A stretch of DNA of 54,998 bases, the filler included, from Perkinsus olseni (Eukaryota): assembly GCA_013115125.1 (NCBI GenBank). It is 2 parts of 2 records of this genome, joined end to end, with 100 filler letters (N's around TTAATTAATTAA, not from the genome) between each part and the next. Parts side by side here need not be neighbours in the genome. Positions count along the whole stretch, not along the records: positions 1 to 27,456 come from JABANN010000465.1; 1 more part is not named here. One strand, given 5' to 3'. Under the pieces are notes generated by a model. It was not told where the DNA came from. It worked only from the letters and a program-made list of their open reading frames with translations, and ran no database searches. The translations under genes were made by a program, and so were the position numbers. Shown here piece after piece: positions 1-13,124 of the stretch; position 1 is the stretch's first letter; every line of letters starts with the position of its first letter.

Positions 1-74
<74 letters not shown>

Positions 75-90
75 GTTGTTGTTGTTGTTG
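1..90. repeat. (TTG)n/(CAA)n microsatellite at the contig edge, read as polyQ on the minus strand
   Basis: Directly visible; the minus-strand frame ...RQQSRPAQQPRVRVSQQSRPTQQQQ runs into it. Confidence 0.95.
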
Positions 91-1425
91 AGTAGGTCGA
101 CTCTGTTGTGAAACCCGCACGCGAGGTTGTTGAGCGGGTCGACTCTGTTGCCGGTGCGATCTGCCTTCAACCTTTTCTTCCGTGAATCGCCTCGCTATGA
201 AGCGTCGAGGAACACCAGAAGCAGTTAGCAGTATGGGTTCCTCCTCGTAAGGGGCGTCGCTAACACGAAGGTACCCCGATTGACTCTCCGCCTTGACCCG
301 CAAGAAGAAGGCACCAGAGTCACATGACAACAGCTCATCAGCGTTGATCAAGTCGAGCGACACCACAGTCCCAGTAGCCAGTTCCACAGCTTCCTTCCCG
401 TCTTTGAGTTGAGGAGATGGGTAGAGAAGGGCTGATCGACGTACCTGAAAACATGGCAAACGCGATGACGGTCGACTCAATAGAGGCGACGAAAGAAGCT
501 AGTATAGACAAAGGTCGCAGACCCACTGAGGGCGGCAATGCAACGCAGAGGAGAAAATCAGCTTTTCAGTTCACCTTGAGCGAGACAGGTTCTTCAACTG
601 AGGGATTCAGCCGAGGAGTTCGCTCATGCCTCTCCTTCAACCAGCATAGTGTCTTCGACCCCTTCTTACTGAGCTTGAGTATTTTGAAATTTTCTCGAAC
701 ATATCGAACCCATCGGGCACGCAGATCCTGAGATGAACTCAGATCTGATATCAATCCACAACACCCGACAGATTCTACTCACACAGTTGTCTAGAACAGT
801 GAGCATGTTAGGATCTTCTCTAACGCTGATGACATTGGGGTTTTCCAGTAGTCGGATCCAATCGGACGAGCTTGGGTCCCCCAAAGCAACCCCAAATATA
901 GCTCGACTGAAGAACTCGGCGACCATGTCTCTGATAGTAGCATTTAGGGTGCCGGTGAAGTACCAGTCGCCCAACTCTTCCAGCTCCCACCCGCTCTTTC
1001 TCAGATCTCCGAGGGCCTCGTCGAAGCCTTTCAGAACTGCCCGCGGACTCTGTTTGATCCAGTGCATCTCGCCTTCTTTGTCGAACCTCCTAAGAGTGTT
1101 TTCAGTCATCAACAACTTCTCACCATTACCACAGTGAAGGAATAAATGATAATGAAGGTTCACTTCATTTCGACTCGCAGTAGCTCGGACGATCCCATCG
1201 AAGCCGAGTAGCTCATCATGCCAACGATGGTTGGCGAGGTTAAACTCGCCAGTCGAATGTTTGTCCATGGCCGAGGTCAATCGAATATGGCAGAGTGATC
1301 TCGGACTCTGTCGCCTGATCAGCCACCTGTCTCTTCGCTTTACGGCACATCCACCAGGTTGGAACTGAACTAGGCTCGACCAGGAACTCCTGAGAGTTAT
1401 CCTTGGTCAGTGTGAAGGCCATATG
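1..1425 (-). CDS. Hypothetical multi-exon protein ending in polyQ, truncated at the window start
   Basis: Overlapping minus-strand ORFs (666-1280, 566-754) plus an open frame at about 90-300 leading into (CAA)n. No family recognised. Confidence 0.4.
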
Positions 1426-1559
1426 CTCGACAATACCCCAAGTCGTCTGACGACAGCACACAGGAATCGAGCTGCATCGTGGTAACACAACGCAAGGGTT
1501 GAAGTCTCCAGAAATATCTATTGAACATGCATGGGACATGCGGAGTTGATCACATCCAC

Positions 1560-4292
1560 CTAATGCTTCTTGCCGTGTAGTAGTTGATGATGTGTCGAAT
1601 AAGTATATACCAAAGTTCCCGACACAACACAGGAAACCCCGAGGATCTTCCCCGTAGTTAACGACTCTCCGAACAGGTAGGCGCATATGAGCATCTGGAC
1701 CTGAACCACTCGACCACTCCTCAACCCCATGTAGGATTCCTCGAGCTCAGAATCCTGACAGGTCGTCGATGCCATGACAAACAGACCACCAGTGAAGCTA
1801 AAGTCTCCCTCTCTGCGCATAGTCTCAAATCTCCGCTCGACCGTCCGATGCTGAAGCATCTCGATCGACCTCGAGACCTACCCCTCCACGAAGCGCAGAT
1901 ACTATGCTGTATGTTACTGTCGATGTGTGAGTGATCTGCAGCACCACAGCCACGTTGAACAATATGGCGAGCATGGCTGAAACAACAAGAGCCGCGACGT
2001 TGACGTTGAGGTGATACAGTATCCCTCGTCAGTGCCGTGGTGAAAGAGAGAGGATGCCTTACCTGTGACGATTACTTGCACGAGATAGTCCAGGTGAAGA
2101 GAAAGGGCGATAAGATCTTGTAATGATGACTTCACGTCCAAGCACAGGAAGGGTAGCCCAAACAAGATGTACCTTGGACAGAAGCTCCAAGGCCTCGAAG
2201 CAGCGGCAACGGTGTTTAGGGGTGACAAGGAGAAGTCTGGAGGCCGACTCCTTCACTCGAGCACCAATGCTGGCACCAAGCGTACTAACCGACTTAGTCA
2301 GAATCGAGAACTCATGAATATGATGGATCGTGTACTCCACTGACTGTACATCGCGACTATTTCAATCACCACCCTCGGACGGCAATGAACGGCGATCCCC
2401 TTCATGCGTTGAGTTCAAACCCGTGCATGCGAACACGGTCTCGCAAGATTCTAGTGGTCTGCAGAGTGTCGGGAGCACTCACGCAGTATTCGATACGAGA
2501 ACTGTATCGAAAGATGTCAGGCTCGGCTTCGACTTTCCCTCCTCAAAGCCATTACGAATGTCTTGCCGCTTTATAACGAGCGTATGGACTGCTGTGACTA
2601 GAGAGGCAAGAAAGCCCTGAGGAATGGTCAACGCACAGGCGATGCATGCGAGAGGTGGCAACTACGAAGAAGGCTCCCGCTGCGGAGACGCTGATGCGGT
2701 CGAATAGGACGATGACGACGAAGCCAGCGGTAACACAAGTGCATCCGAGAACCTGAGATGGTTCGAGAAGAGATGACGGACGATGGTCGAATGGAAGGGT
2801 CAGCAAGAACAAGCGAATGGCTTGGGCGAATGACTCTGCACAAACTCGAAGTGTAACATATCCTCTATAAACTACAGGGATAGAGGACATTGACTACGAA
2901 GTTTAGCTTTCCAAATTCAATTCGGAATCGAGACTCATCGAACGGGGCGTATTAGAGAGCAGGGGCGGTGACAACACCATTATCGGCACCCCTCTATCTA
3001 GCAGCTCTCAGGCACAACAGCTCAGGAGTTTGAATTTCTGCGCTGGATGTCGCACTGCCACGCATGATATTTCGTGCCGAACCCGCACGTCACGACACGA
3101 ATTGGAGAATGTGTTATTCATCAGCATCCACCATGCGACGGGATAGACCTTACCCTCACCTCTAGTTGAGTAGTGGACTGTCGGTCTTTCGGTAACAACA
3201 TCCAGGACAAGCCTAGGGACATGGGAGTGTTCAAGGCACGAGCCACGACCTGACCACGATGATAGCCCCGCCGTCGTCCGCGGAACCGACTGTGAGCGGA
3301 GGAAGAGGTAAAAAGATGAGGAGCTGTAGGTCAGCTTCTTCTCACTTGGAAGCTGCTAGCGTCGACTCGCATCAAACAGAGCGAGGCAAAGACCAAGCTC
3401 AGAGAGCTGACAATGCACAGATCGAGATGCTGACAAAGATGAACACTCGCAGCTACTCTCCGCAGAGAGGACCTTCCGCCCCTGGAAGATGATTCGGGGG
3501 ACTCAGCCGATGGACAGCAGCAGAGCTCACCTCGTACATAGCAATGAGTAGTGATTTCGGTGATGCCGGAAGAGAGAGGCCAAGCAGATGAGGGTGGGCT
3601 CTATCTGAGCCGCGGCCTCCGCAAGAGCGCTATTCCCGGGTGGTTAACTACTTGCAGCCAATAAACAGAGTACAGCGATGACTGACTGCAACCATAATGA
3701 GAGGAAGGGTGAAGCCTGAAAGAAGACGGACAAGTACACCACACCGGTGTGCAAATGACGTGCGAAAGAACATCGGACGCGGTAGAGCCGCTCCCAGGAC
3801 GGCGTCTCTGTTGATACTAGAATAGAATCGGTGCATAGTTGTACGGTATTGCAAGTCGAGACACCCCAGCGTCGAGACGTGTGCTACTATTAAGGAAGGG
3901 AAGCCAACAATTCGACGGTTCCACCAAACAGTGCATGACGTGCAGTCACGTGCAGTGTGGGCCTCGAGGCCCTCGAGTCGAGGGGCCCATCAATTGGGAT
4001 GAGCTGATGAGACGTTCCCAAAGGACTTCCTCTAGGCCTCTGCCTCAGAGCTCACCACAGTTTGGAAGAGGACTACTCGTTACTACAGCTCTCCCGTTGC
4101 ACTGTAGTGGAAGAGTATTACATATGCTTGCAAGGTGAGCTTGTTGGCCACCACCATGAGGATAGCACACGTACCATAGAACATGCTCACGGCAATAACC
4201 AGTCTTACTTCCTCCAAATAAGGACGTCTCTCACCTACACCTGAGCACTGTCTACTGCCGAGAGCAGCACGATCTCGGCACTCTGACAACAT
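1560..4292 (-). CDS. Nucleotide-sugar transporter, GDP-fucose transporter (SLC35C1/TPT family)-like, multi-exon
   Basis: Spliced segments follow the SLC35C1 order: FYGTCAILMVVANK (about 4140-4185), IVSSLSLVFASLCLMRVDASSFQ (about 3345-3415), VARALNTPMSLGLSWMLL (about 3195-3250), VLGCTCVTAGFVV, GFLASLVTAVHTLVIK, LFNVAVVLQITHTSTVTYSIVSALRG (about 1885-1965), QMLICAYLFGESLTTGKILGVSCVVSGTLVYTY, then stop at 1560. Confidence 0.8.
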
Positions 4293-4342
4293 GGTAGCTC
4301 GGCACGACTTACTTCCTACCCGTCATGCGCAACAAACTGCGG

Positions 4343-7300
4343 CTATGACAAAGAAAGGTGAATTAAGAAACTCTGCTGATGCCAAAGCCGTCCTAGTATG
4401 TACCTCAACTCACTCCGAGAAAAGTTGAGGATCTTACTTTCCAAGGCGCTGTGTGCCTTCTCGTAAGATGCTTCTTCCCCATCCACTGCATCCTCTCGTG
4501 ATCTTCGGATCACTGTCATTCGGTACAACTAACGCCCCGCCCTAGACTGTTACAAACTGATGGTAGGGCAATGTCCCGGCTTGACGGACTAGCTATTCAC
4601 ACCACTCATAACTACTACCCACAGCTCAATTCTTAAGGTTGTATCTAACTCGGAAAGCAACTCAGCTAGAGTACAAGAGCGCAGGGAATATGTCATAGCC
4701 GAACCCGAGGAGTCTTCTGTAACTGCGGGCCCAACCGCTCGAAGGGATCTCAATGACTCAAGTAACACAACTCGTCCTCAACATTTCCCGAAACTTGTAC
4801 TAGTCTGGAATTGGTTTAATGGCCTTCTACTACAACAGCTATCTTCACCTTCTGGTGGCCGGAATACCCAGAGGTTCCATCACGCCGGCCTTCCTTAACG
4901 CCCAGGGGAGGACACGGACAGATACCAGAAAAACTGAGGCGATCCTGAAAATGACGCCGATGATCGAAATAACTGCGGACTTCCTCTCCCAGTGCGTCGT
5001 TCCTAGACCGAAGTCTCGAGTCGTCTAACCGTCGATACAACAGTCATTCCCCAGACCTCATAAGAGCAGCTAGCAGCGGCCTGGCAGCGATCGCTCCTTA
5101 CTGAATCTTGTAGATGAACTCCTTCTTAGCGTAATTCTCCGGCTTGGGCACTCCAGCGCCAGGGGCAGCACCGCTTCGCTTGAGATTCCACATACTAATG
5201 GTACGACTGACGACAATAAACTGCCGAGAGAAAGTCCCCCACAAAACGATGTTGTCCTCCAAAACTCAATACTCAAAGATTAAGAAATTTCTTAACGGAA
5301 ATTTTCATGCTTTTGTGAACAGCTCGGCCACAATGAGCGCTCTTCTTCTGAGTGGCTAATTAGGCGCATGCCAGAGGAACAGCTAGCCTTTGACAATACA
5401 AAAACGATCCTCGATCACGAGGCGATGGACTCCTCCTCTGAGATCATCAAGGTCATACCGGCAACCTCAGTCGGGTGTCAACAGACTTACCAACGCACTC
5501 CGCCATAGGGGGCAGCATGTCCTTCATCCTGTTCGAAGTCCCCTTCCTAATCTTAACACGCTTCAACTCCTCCGTTAGGTTGTCAATCTTGCGCTCGATG
5601 AGGATAACCTGGAAAATACAGAAGCAGCGCGCGAAGACCGAAAGCATGACAATGCTACCTGATGACGGAGCTCGAATAATGCCTTAATCATAGACTCTCG
5701 CTCCGCTGGGTCCCAACCAATCGAGCCCTTCTGCTGCGACTTCTCTTCATCTCCTATACTGTCGCCACTAGAATAGACACGCTTCTACGATCCACCTACC
5801 GGCATTATCGGCGTTCTGCAAGATATCCTCGTACTTAGCCTTCATGTCCACAAAGGCCTCCTCATCTCCGCCTGTGGCAGATGATGACCCTTACAAAGAA
5901 CCGCCAAGAATATCACCCTTATCAGGGTGAAGCTCCCTAGACTTCTCCTTATACGCTTTCTTCAGCTCAGCGATATCACAGTTCTCATCCAAACCAAAGA
6001 AAGCGAAAGCGTCGCAACCTGAAAAATCAGCTGCAATCCAAGTAGCAGACCAATACACGCCAGTGACATCACTGCTTGCCCTCACGAGCTGCTGGCATCT
6101 ATCGCCTGCCTGGACAGTTAAAACCCTCCAGCGAAAAGCAAAACCAAAAACTCGTAGTGAACAGCAACAGCGGACCAGACGATAAGAGATCACCCACTCC
6201 ACGCAATAATGAAAACGAGAGGGTAGTAGTTATGATGATGGTGATCACCCTTAGCGTCTTTAATCTCCTTCTCCACCTCCTCAAGATGCCGTCCCTTCTT
6301 CCTCACATGCGATGCCACTACTTCTAATACATTACGTAGCCCCACATCAGTGAGATCGAGCGTCCACCTAGCAAGCACCATAATCACTCCAATAGCGCCA
6401 GTATTCACTACTACTCCTCGACCTCCTCCTTAGCGGTACTAAGCAACCATTTCAACGCTATTGCAACGGGGACCTCCATGCTGTTTCTGCCACCAACGGC
6501 TGCCTCCTTCACCGGTGATAGGGTACTACAGACAGGCTCTTCAGCCTTCTCAGAATCCTAACAACCAACATACACTCACTCAAGTCCGCCAAGGTCTCAC
6601 TTCCGCCTCTTCCTGATGGTCATCTACTTCGTCATCATCGTCCAAGGGCTCTCCATCGACCCCTATACCATCATCATCCTCATCCCCCATACAGCTGCCA
6701 TTTCTCACAGCACTATCAACTCTAGTAGTACAGCTATCATCCGATGGCTCAAAGCGCGTCACGTCCGCTGCGCGCCCACGATCCGGGCTAGCGTCATCAC
6801 CCACGAAGGAGTCGGCGCCCAGCTCTACTCGATTGACCGGAGACGCACTGCTCGACCGTTCCCCAGTGAATGACCGAACCACTCGTATTATCGGCGGGCG
6901 ATTCAACCCCCCTTCACTTCCTCTTGTTGGACCATAGGCCGGCAAACTGGAATCAAGTGTCGGTCCTCGCCCAGGCTTGCCCTCTTCGCAACTCTTACAC
7001 GCCCCCGCATGCATGGACGATGGTCGCGACACCTGCTAAATGGAATTACCATACTCACACCTCACTGGTCTACTACTAAATGAATAGTCGAAGCGCTGGT
7101 AGCAAGACCAGTAGCTCTGCTGCTGCTGCTGAAGGACCTACCAAGGCCACCCCCGTTGGCTGCCATGTACCCCAAGCAGTCACGACCCGGTAGAGCTGGG
7201 GACACCGGCGGGAAATTGCTGAGAGGGGATACCAAAAACACTAGGCAGGCCATCATCGTCTACCTGATAGAACTGCCCATCACCGTGAAAGCAGCAGCTG

Positions 7301-7845
7301 CATTATTAGAGTGCTTAGGGCTCCAACCACCCCTAGAGGGTGACTGGGAAGCCGTACACGCCATACCACCACCAGCAGTAGTGGTAGTATTACTGCTAGG
7401 TGTGTAAACATTAGCCGAAGCTGATGATGCTGCTGTACTATTATAACTGCAGTAAGATACCCTGATGGGCCTGCTCGACGTCACTAGCGTTACCTCCCCA
7501 CCGGGCTAGGGACTCCCTTAACAACCTTCCTCACCACTCTTCTCACTACCGAAGGATTACCCACATTACTGGTATCCCTGCGAGCCAGAGAGCTAAATCA
7601 CATACCGTAAATTGCGATGATCACATTATCATGGTAGTAGCATTCATGTCGCTTCGTCCTAGCCGTGAGTTGCCGCCGCCTGGTGCTGCCGCTGACAGCC
7701 CCCCAGGGAATACCGTGGACGATTGACGCAGTCCGCTATCACTAAGGCTGCGAACCTGCCACCAATAGACCTCCAAGCCGGGGGCAAGATTGAACGAAAA
7801 CGATCCTACTTGCTGCGAGCTCCAGCTCTTCAAGTCTTGAACCAT
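4343..7845 (-). CDS. DnaJ (J-domain) containing protein, multi-exon; gene extent uncertain
   Basis: J-domain with HPD motif: AFAFFGLDENCDIAELKKAYKEKSRELHPDKG, intron, GDEEAFVDMKAKYEDIL (about 5820-6020). Flanking low-complexity and coiled-coil-like minus-strand exons are assigned tentatively. Confidence 0.6.
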
Positions 7846-8221
7846 CGGCGGAAAATAATCGATTAGCAGGGCGCGCGCTACTACCCTAGACACACTGAAA
7901 GAGGGTCGTTAGAGAGCACTAGCGCAATTCAACCTCGTAGAAAGAGTGTTCCCACACGCCTCTCGCGATAAAACGCCTTAAGAAGCTGATGGCCAGCTGA
8001 GGTCTAGCCTGCTGAAGCAACACGCACTACTCGTAACCGAAAGGTCCACGGTTCGATCCTAGCACACTCCATTTAAAAAAGTGAACTCAACAGATCAATC
8101 TCTGTAGTGACATGGCTGGCATGTAGACAGTTGCTGCACTTGGGCTAATTTTACAGGCACCCCGTCGTCAACATATAAGCGATAATAACAGGTTGAATGG
8201 TCGAGAGCAGTAGTAAGAGGG

Positions 8222-10855
8222 TCATCGTTGCTTATCAGCTGCTGATCGTCTACGGTAAAACAAAAGGTAGCTGTTGTTGGTTACTATACTTGATGGTACA
8301 CTTGAGAGCTCGGACACGTGAGCTGAAGAAGAGAAAAGAGAATTATCAGCGAGAAGAGGAGGAGAAGGCAGAAGAGGGTTATCAGCTTACAGTCATCAAA
8401 CCGCCACCATTTACCATCTCCTCCGCTAACATGCGCCGTGTAATGGCCGAAATCAATCGAGCTTGAGCCCGAGTGCTCAATAGTAGCGTATCTAATGCCG
8501 ATCAGTGACGAACGCATGATCCGGAAAGACGCGTACAAATCATAAGCCTCGGTGTCAATAACGAAGCCCTCCACAGGAGCGTCAATCCGATATGTTATCT
8601 TCCTCGCCATTCCCGATGCCGACCAAGTGAACCGTAGAAGACACACAACCTGAGCAGTGACGCCCAGGCTGTTCGAAAGCAGCCTTCACTGTGAACCATA
8701 CCAGCACGGTCGGGAGTTCCTCGAGGTCCATTCTCTTCCGAGCGTCCACTTTCTGTTTGCACTTGTCACATGTCCATTGCTCATGCCCTGAGGGACATTC
8801 ATGCTGACCGAATACCCTCCTTCAACGTACCGTTGAGCAGCTCCTCCTTTCTGAACTGCTGTAGGCAATCGTCCAAGGAGGGTGTACCCTCCCCAGAGGA
8901 GCTAAGGGACAGTGGGAGGACGTAGAAGAGCTCCCTGAGGAGACGACGGGGTGAGTCGGAAAAAGACAAGAAGTGGGAACTACTTAGTTTGGCTCTTGTA
9001 GCCGCAAGAATTGCAATGAACGGTGGAGAGGTAAACTCCTCGGAAAGTGTTAGAGACCACACTTTGCACGCTATCAGACGACGAAGTAGACGACCTGACG
9101 GAAACGAACCATGCCGGGATCGAACCTGCGCCGTCCTCGCAGTGTCGTTACTTCTCCTTTTTCAAAAGCCTCAAGAGAGAGCTTCTAGAGGTCTTGAAGT
9201 CGACTGTCTTATCGACAGCAGTACCACCCATCTCCGTATTCATGGCGTCCAGAATATCACTGAGCAGCTCTTGCGCATCCTGCTGGTTGTAACCAGCCCA
9301 CTGCTTATTCCGCCTGAGAGTATCTCATAGCTACTTAGATTAGGTCAACCTTCATCAGACCATCATGGCAAAGATACTCATTAGTACCACCGAACAGCAG
9401 TCAATACCGTACATCCCGATGATCTCACCTTCCCATGACTTTCTTGAACGCTTTCGGCTCTAACGCTGTTTTCTTGTTACCTACATAACATGGTAAGCGA
9501 ATCTGCGGATTCACACGCTCGAGTAATATCCAAAACTACTATCCAATTGCCCAACGCGCAGCCCTAGCTCCGAGCGAGGCCCTCGTTGTACAGGTACTAC
9601 AAGTGCTTCACATGCTTTACCGTTTCTACTCTTCGAACTATACCAACCACTCTCGTCCCAATACACCCACCTCGAGCACCATATGCGTCTTGAATGAGGC
9701 CCCCGAAGGCTGAGCATATCTCTCCAGTAGAATTCTCGCCACTCGCCACGAAATTGTCATACCTTGAGGTCAGACATGCGACAGAATTGATAGTGTTATT
9801 GCCACAACAGCTAGAGGTGTCAGAATACCTACAGCTCAGTAGTGTGTAGCAAGCACTGCAGTACCGCGTTCATGTAACAAGTATTGCCAAGATTTCGGAT
9901 ACCCACCAGCCCCCCTTCGGGAACATACCGGGTAGACGCAGACCCAGCCGCTTCCACCAACACACGACTGGAGGCACCTGGCGCAACGTGATGACCCTAT
10001 GTGAAGAGAGTCTAAGAGCATTACCATCATCACTCGGGGCCGATTCTACAGAGGCACTAGGAGCGACCACAGGTGCTGCCTGAAAGGGCGGAAGTAAGGA
10101 TGATCTACAGGCTGCCGTACGGGTCGGATATCGTCATCTGTGCTCTTCTTGGCGGTTGGAAGTGCCCGCTCCATAAGAGGGCTAGTTTGGTATTGTTCTG
10201 ATAGAAAAACCATAAAAAGACGATTGAGCTCGCATCTGAACCCTAGTACCAGCTAGGCCTGTGATCTTCTGGCTAGTACTGAGATAACTTCCATCACTTG
10301 TAGAATAGCTACCAATAGAGCTGCTGATAGAGGAGGACTGGGGTCTAGAGGAAAGGATTGTTGGGAGTCACCAGAACGCCGTCAACCCACCCCCTGCCGT
10401 AGCGTCGTTCGAGTGACGCTGAAGGGAATCCAGCGGCGGGTCTGCTGCTGCTGCTGGACTTGTCCGACCCCGGTGCTAGACTGTATCGGTCCCCTGTAGT
10501 TCTCCCAACCAATCGAGTGCTGCTTGAGTTGGAACGCACGTGCCCCGTGAGAGGTCGGATATGAGACGGCCCTCGACCCGGGGGTACCGTTGCGCTTAAA
10601 CCTGACGTGTCCTCCTCCAGAGCACCTGGGCTAGCCGTGTTCTCACCTTTGGGAGCGCTGTGGCCAGCACCAGCAGCAGCGCTCCGGCTCTGCAGCAAGG
10701 CGGCGCTGCCTTGCACTGAGTCAGTTCGGGCGTGTCTGCCGAGTGAAGGTGGTGGCGGTGGACCTGAACCGACCTCGAAGATACCCGTCCCTCCTTCCCC
10801 AGTGAGTATTACTCTTCATGTGCAACGGAGGGGATGAATTAGTCGTTACTGGCAT
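8222..10855 (-). CDS. Ubiquitin carboxyl-terminal hydrolase (USP, peptidase C19) with an S/P-rich N-terminus
   Basis: Cys box [18 protein letters not shown] (about 9850-9905), QQDAQELL (about 9260-9285), [19 protein letters not shown] finger, His box [18 protein letters not shown]...WWRFDD (about 8395-8480), terminal YLLFYRRR. Confidence 0.92.
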
Positions 10856-11059
10856 GCCACTACTGTACAAAATCTGATAACCTCACCACAGACTGATGAT
10901 GCAAGAAGCGCGGATGAAAATTGTCAAACATGGCCGTCTTGGCCGTCGGAGCGAAGCACCCTTCCGCCGCGCTCACGAATAAAAAGATCTTTCTCCCTTG
11001 TTACCACGGCCCACGGTTGTGCCCGACTTCCAACTTCTCCATAGTCTGTCGTTCTCCTA

Positions 11060-12921
11060 ATGGACTCTGGCGGCGGTCTCTACTCCCGGACACCCTTCAC
11101 GTCGTCATCATCATCTCGAACTACACAGGACTCCTCAGCGGCGGCCTACTACCACTACTCAAACGCAGTGAAACCTTCCCTCTCTAATACCCCCATGCTG
11201 CCCGGCAGCCCTGAAGGCAATGGATCATCGTCGATACACGGCGATGGGCGCTATAGTGATTCCGGCGGTGGCGGTTCTGACTCTGACAGAAGAACCTCTC
11301 GACCGAGCAGTGAGGGCCGATCGGGCGGACGACCTGCGCACTATGAAGGTTTTGGATACCAACCACAACACTCAGGTCATTACTACTACGACGAAGGCCC
11401 TCGTGAACCTTCCCACGGGTATCCATTGCGGGCCGAGCCAGGGTACCCGAACCACTACTACTACGACACTCCACAGAGGGCCTCCAGTGACCGTGGACGA
11501 CCCTACCATTCCCCACCTCCCCGGCAACGGCCTCTAGATTTCGGCATGTACGACCGCCAGATGCCTATCCCCTTTCCGGGCTATCGGGCTCCAGTTGCCG
11601 CTGGTGCCTTCTACGGTATGGGTCGGGAAAGTGACGGTTTGGAAGAGATCGAGAGGGCTGCTGAACGGCGCATGCAGGCGTTTGCAGCGGCGGTTGCCCC
11701 TACACAGCGACCGCAGCACCGACTTCCCGGCAGCGCCTCTATGCTTAAAATGTTCCGAGTGTACCTCGAGAAGCAGGGTGATGATTCCAAGCTTGGTGCT
11801 GTCCTCGTTCAAAAGTCTCTGCCTGCAGTGAGCGATGACGAGTACGGCGCTGGGCTTCGAGTGAAGACTGTTATGGAAGCTGAGGAGATAGGCGAGATTG
11901 GCATGGTAGGTGCTTGGATAGGAGATGCCCAGTCATTCACGTTCTTTTATCAGCTGGCACGATGGAATGGTAGAGCTCGGGAGATGGATCGCGACATTAG
12001 AGTTGGCGATGTTATTGTTGCCGTTGTGGACGGCACGCCGGTGGATACGCTCGGCCCGAAAGCTTCGCCCGAAAAATTAATGGATAAATTGAAAGTAGTG
12101 ACCGCCTTGAGCTCGGCGTGGTTCATTTTGCAGTTTCAGCATTGTCTCAAATGCAACTCTCTTACCATACTGGACGTACTACGCGAGGTACCGCCTCTGG
12201 AGGTGAGCCACGATTTGTTGAAGGAGTGGTATGCATTTGCGCTGCATAATCGCTCAGGCTTGTGACTGGCCGCAGACTCAGCAGACCATGGTGAATTGTC
12301 TTGAGAGTATGGAGCAAAATCTCGAGCAGAGGAGAGATCAGGCGATGACTTGGTTCGTCGGGAACGTAGCGCCGGTCATACTGTCCCCTTCGAGCCAGCT
12401 ATGGTAAGCTCAGAATCCTGCCGGTAGAGTTACTCCAGATTATACCTTAGTGTACTTATCTGAACTGTTCCCGCACGATGTCACGTGATATTCGATCATA
12501 CCCGTTTTCGCCTGCTTGCACCCGCTTGCCCTCGATTCTACACATCGTTCGTTCTCCAGTACCATTGCTCGGTCACTATGCTCCAACTAGCACGGGAGGC
12601 TCTTTTCTATGCCTCCTCAGGTGCCCTCTGTGCGAATGTAAACAGCAATCTCTCGGCGAGTACCTCCATCACTTTGAATCGACGGGGCACCATGAGAAGA
12701 GGATATCGACCTCATCAAAGTACGACAGTCGTTGGGCCAAGTGAGTTCAGCAACTACTCCTCGTCGTCCTCCTCTTCGTGCATCATAACTTCAGGCTCCC
12801 GCTTGGTGTCAGTGACCACTATTGGTTCGAGTACTGTTACGGCTTCACTTCGATCGTCGATCCTGCCGAGCTCGATCCCTATGCGGAGTTCTGCGAGTAC
12901 ACTCCTACAATAGAGGACTAG
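11060..12921 (+). CDS. Protein with a Y/P/S-rich disordered N-terminus, a PDZ-like domain and a C2H2-like zinc finger
   Basis: 401-aa ORF containing FRVYLEK...KLGAVLV...LRVKTV...IRVGDVIVAVVDG (PDZ-like). A downstream exon reads CPLCECKQQSLGEYLHHFESTGHH. Joining them into one gene is inferred. Confidence 0.55.
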
Positions 12922-13124
12922 ACCGCTGTGATTGTTTCCCTACGTTAACTTGACGAGTGCTTCTCCTGTCTTTGTGGTGTCAGTGTGAGTATGGGCTTGA
13001 ATTCCGAGTGTACTATTAGTTTCTATGGACTAATTCCATTTTTTCTGATTAGACGTGTTGTTTTCGTCTGAGTGACGAACATCCATCAGTTTCTTTACTC
13101 GACTGTTCTTCTTCCTCCACCACC

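Noticed and set aside
95-150. Two copies of GGTCGACTCTGTTG as a CRISPR-like repeat
   Set aside because: Only two copies, encoding a QQSRP peptide duplication; eukaryotic context and no cas genes.
9110-9135. B-box-like GGTTCGATCCCGG on the minus strand
   Set aside because: Lies within the USP gene and no cloverleaf can be formed.
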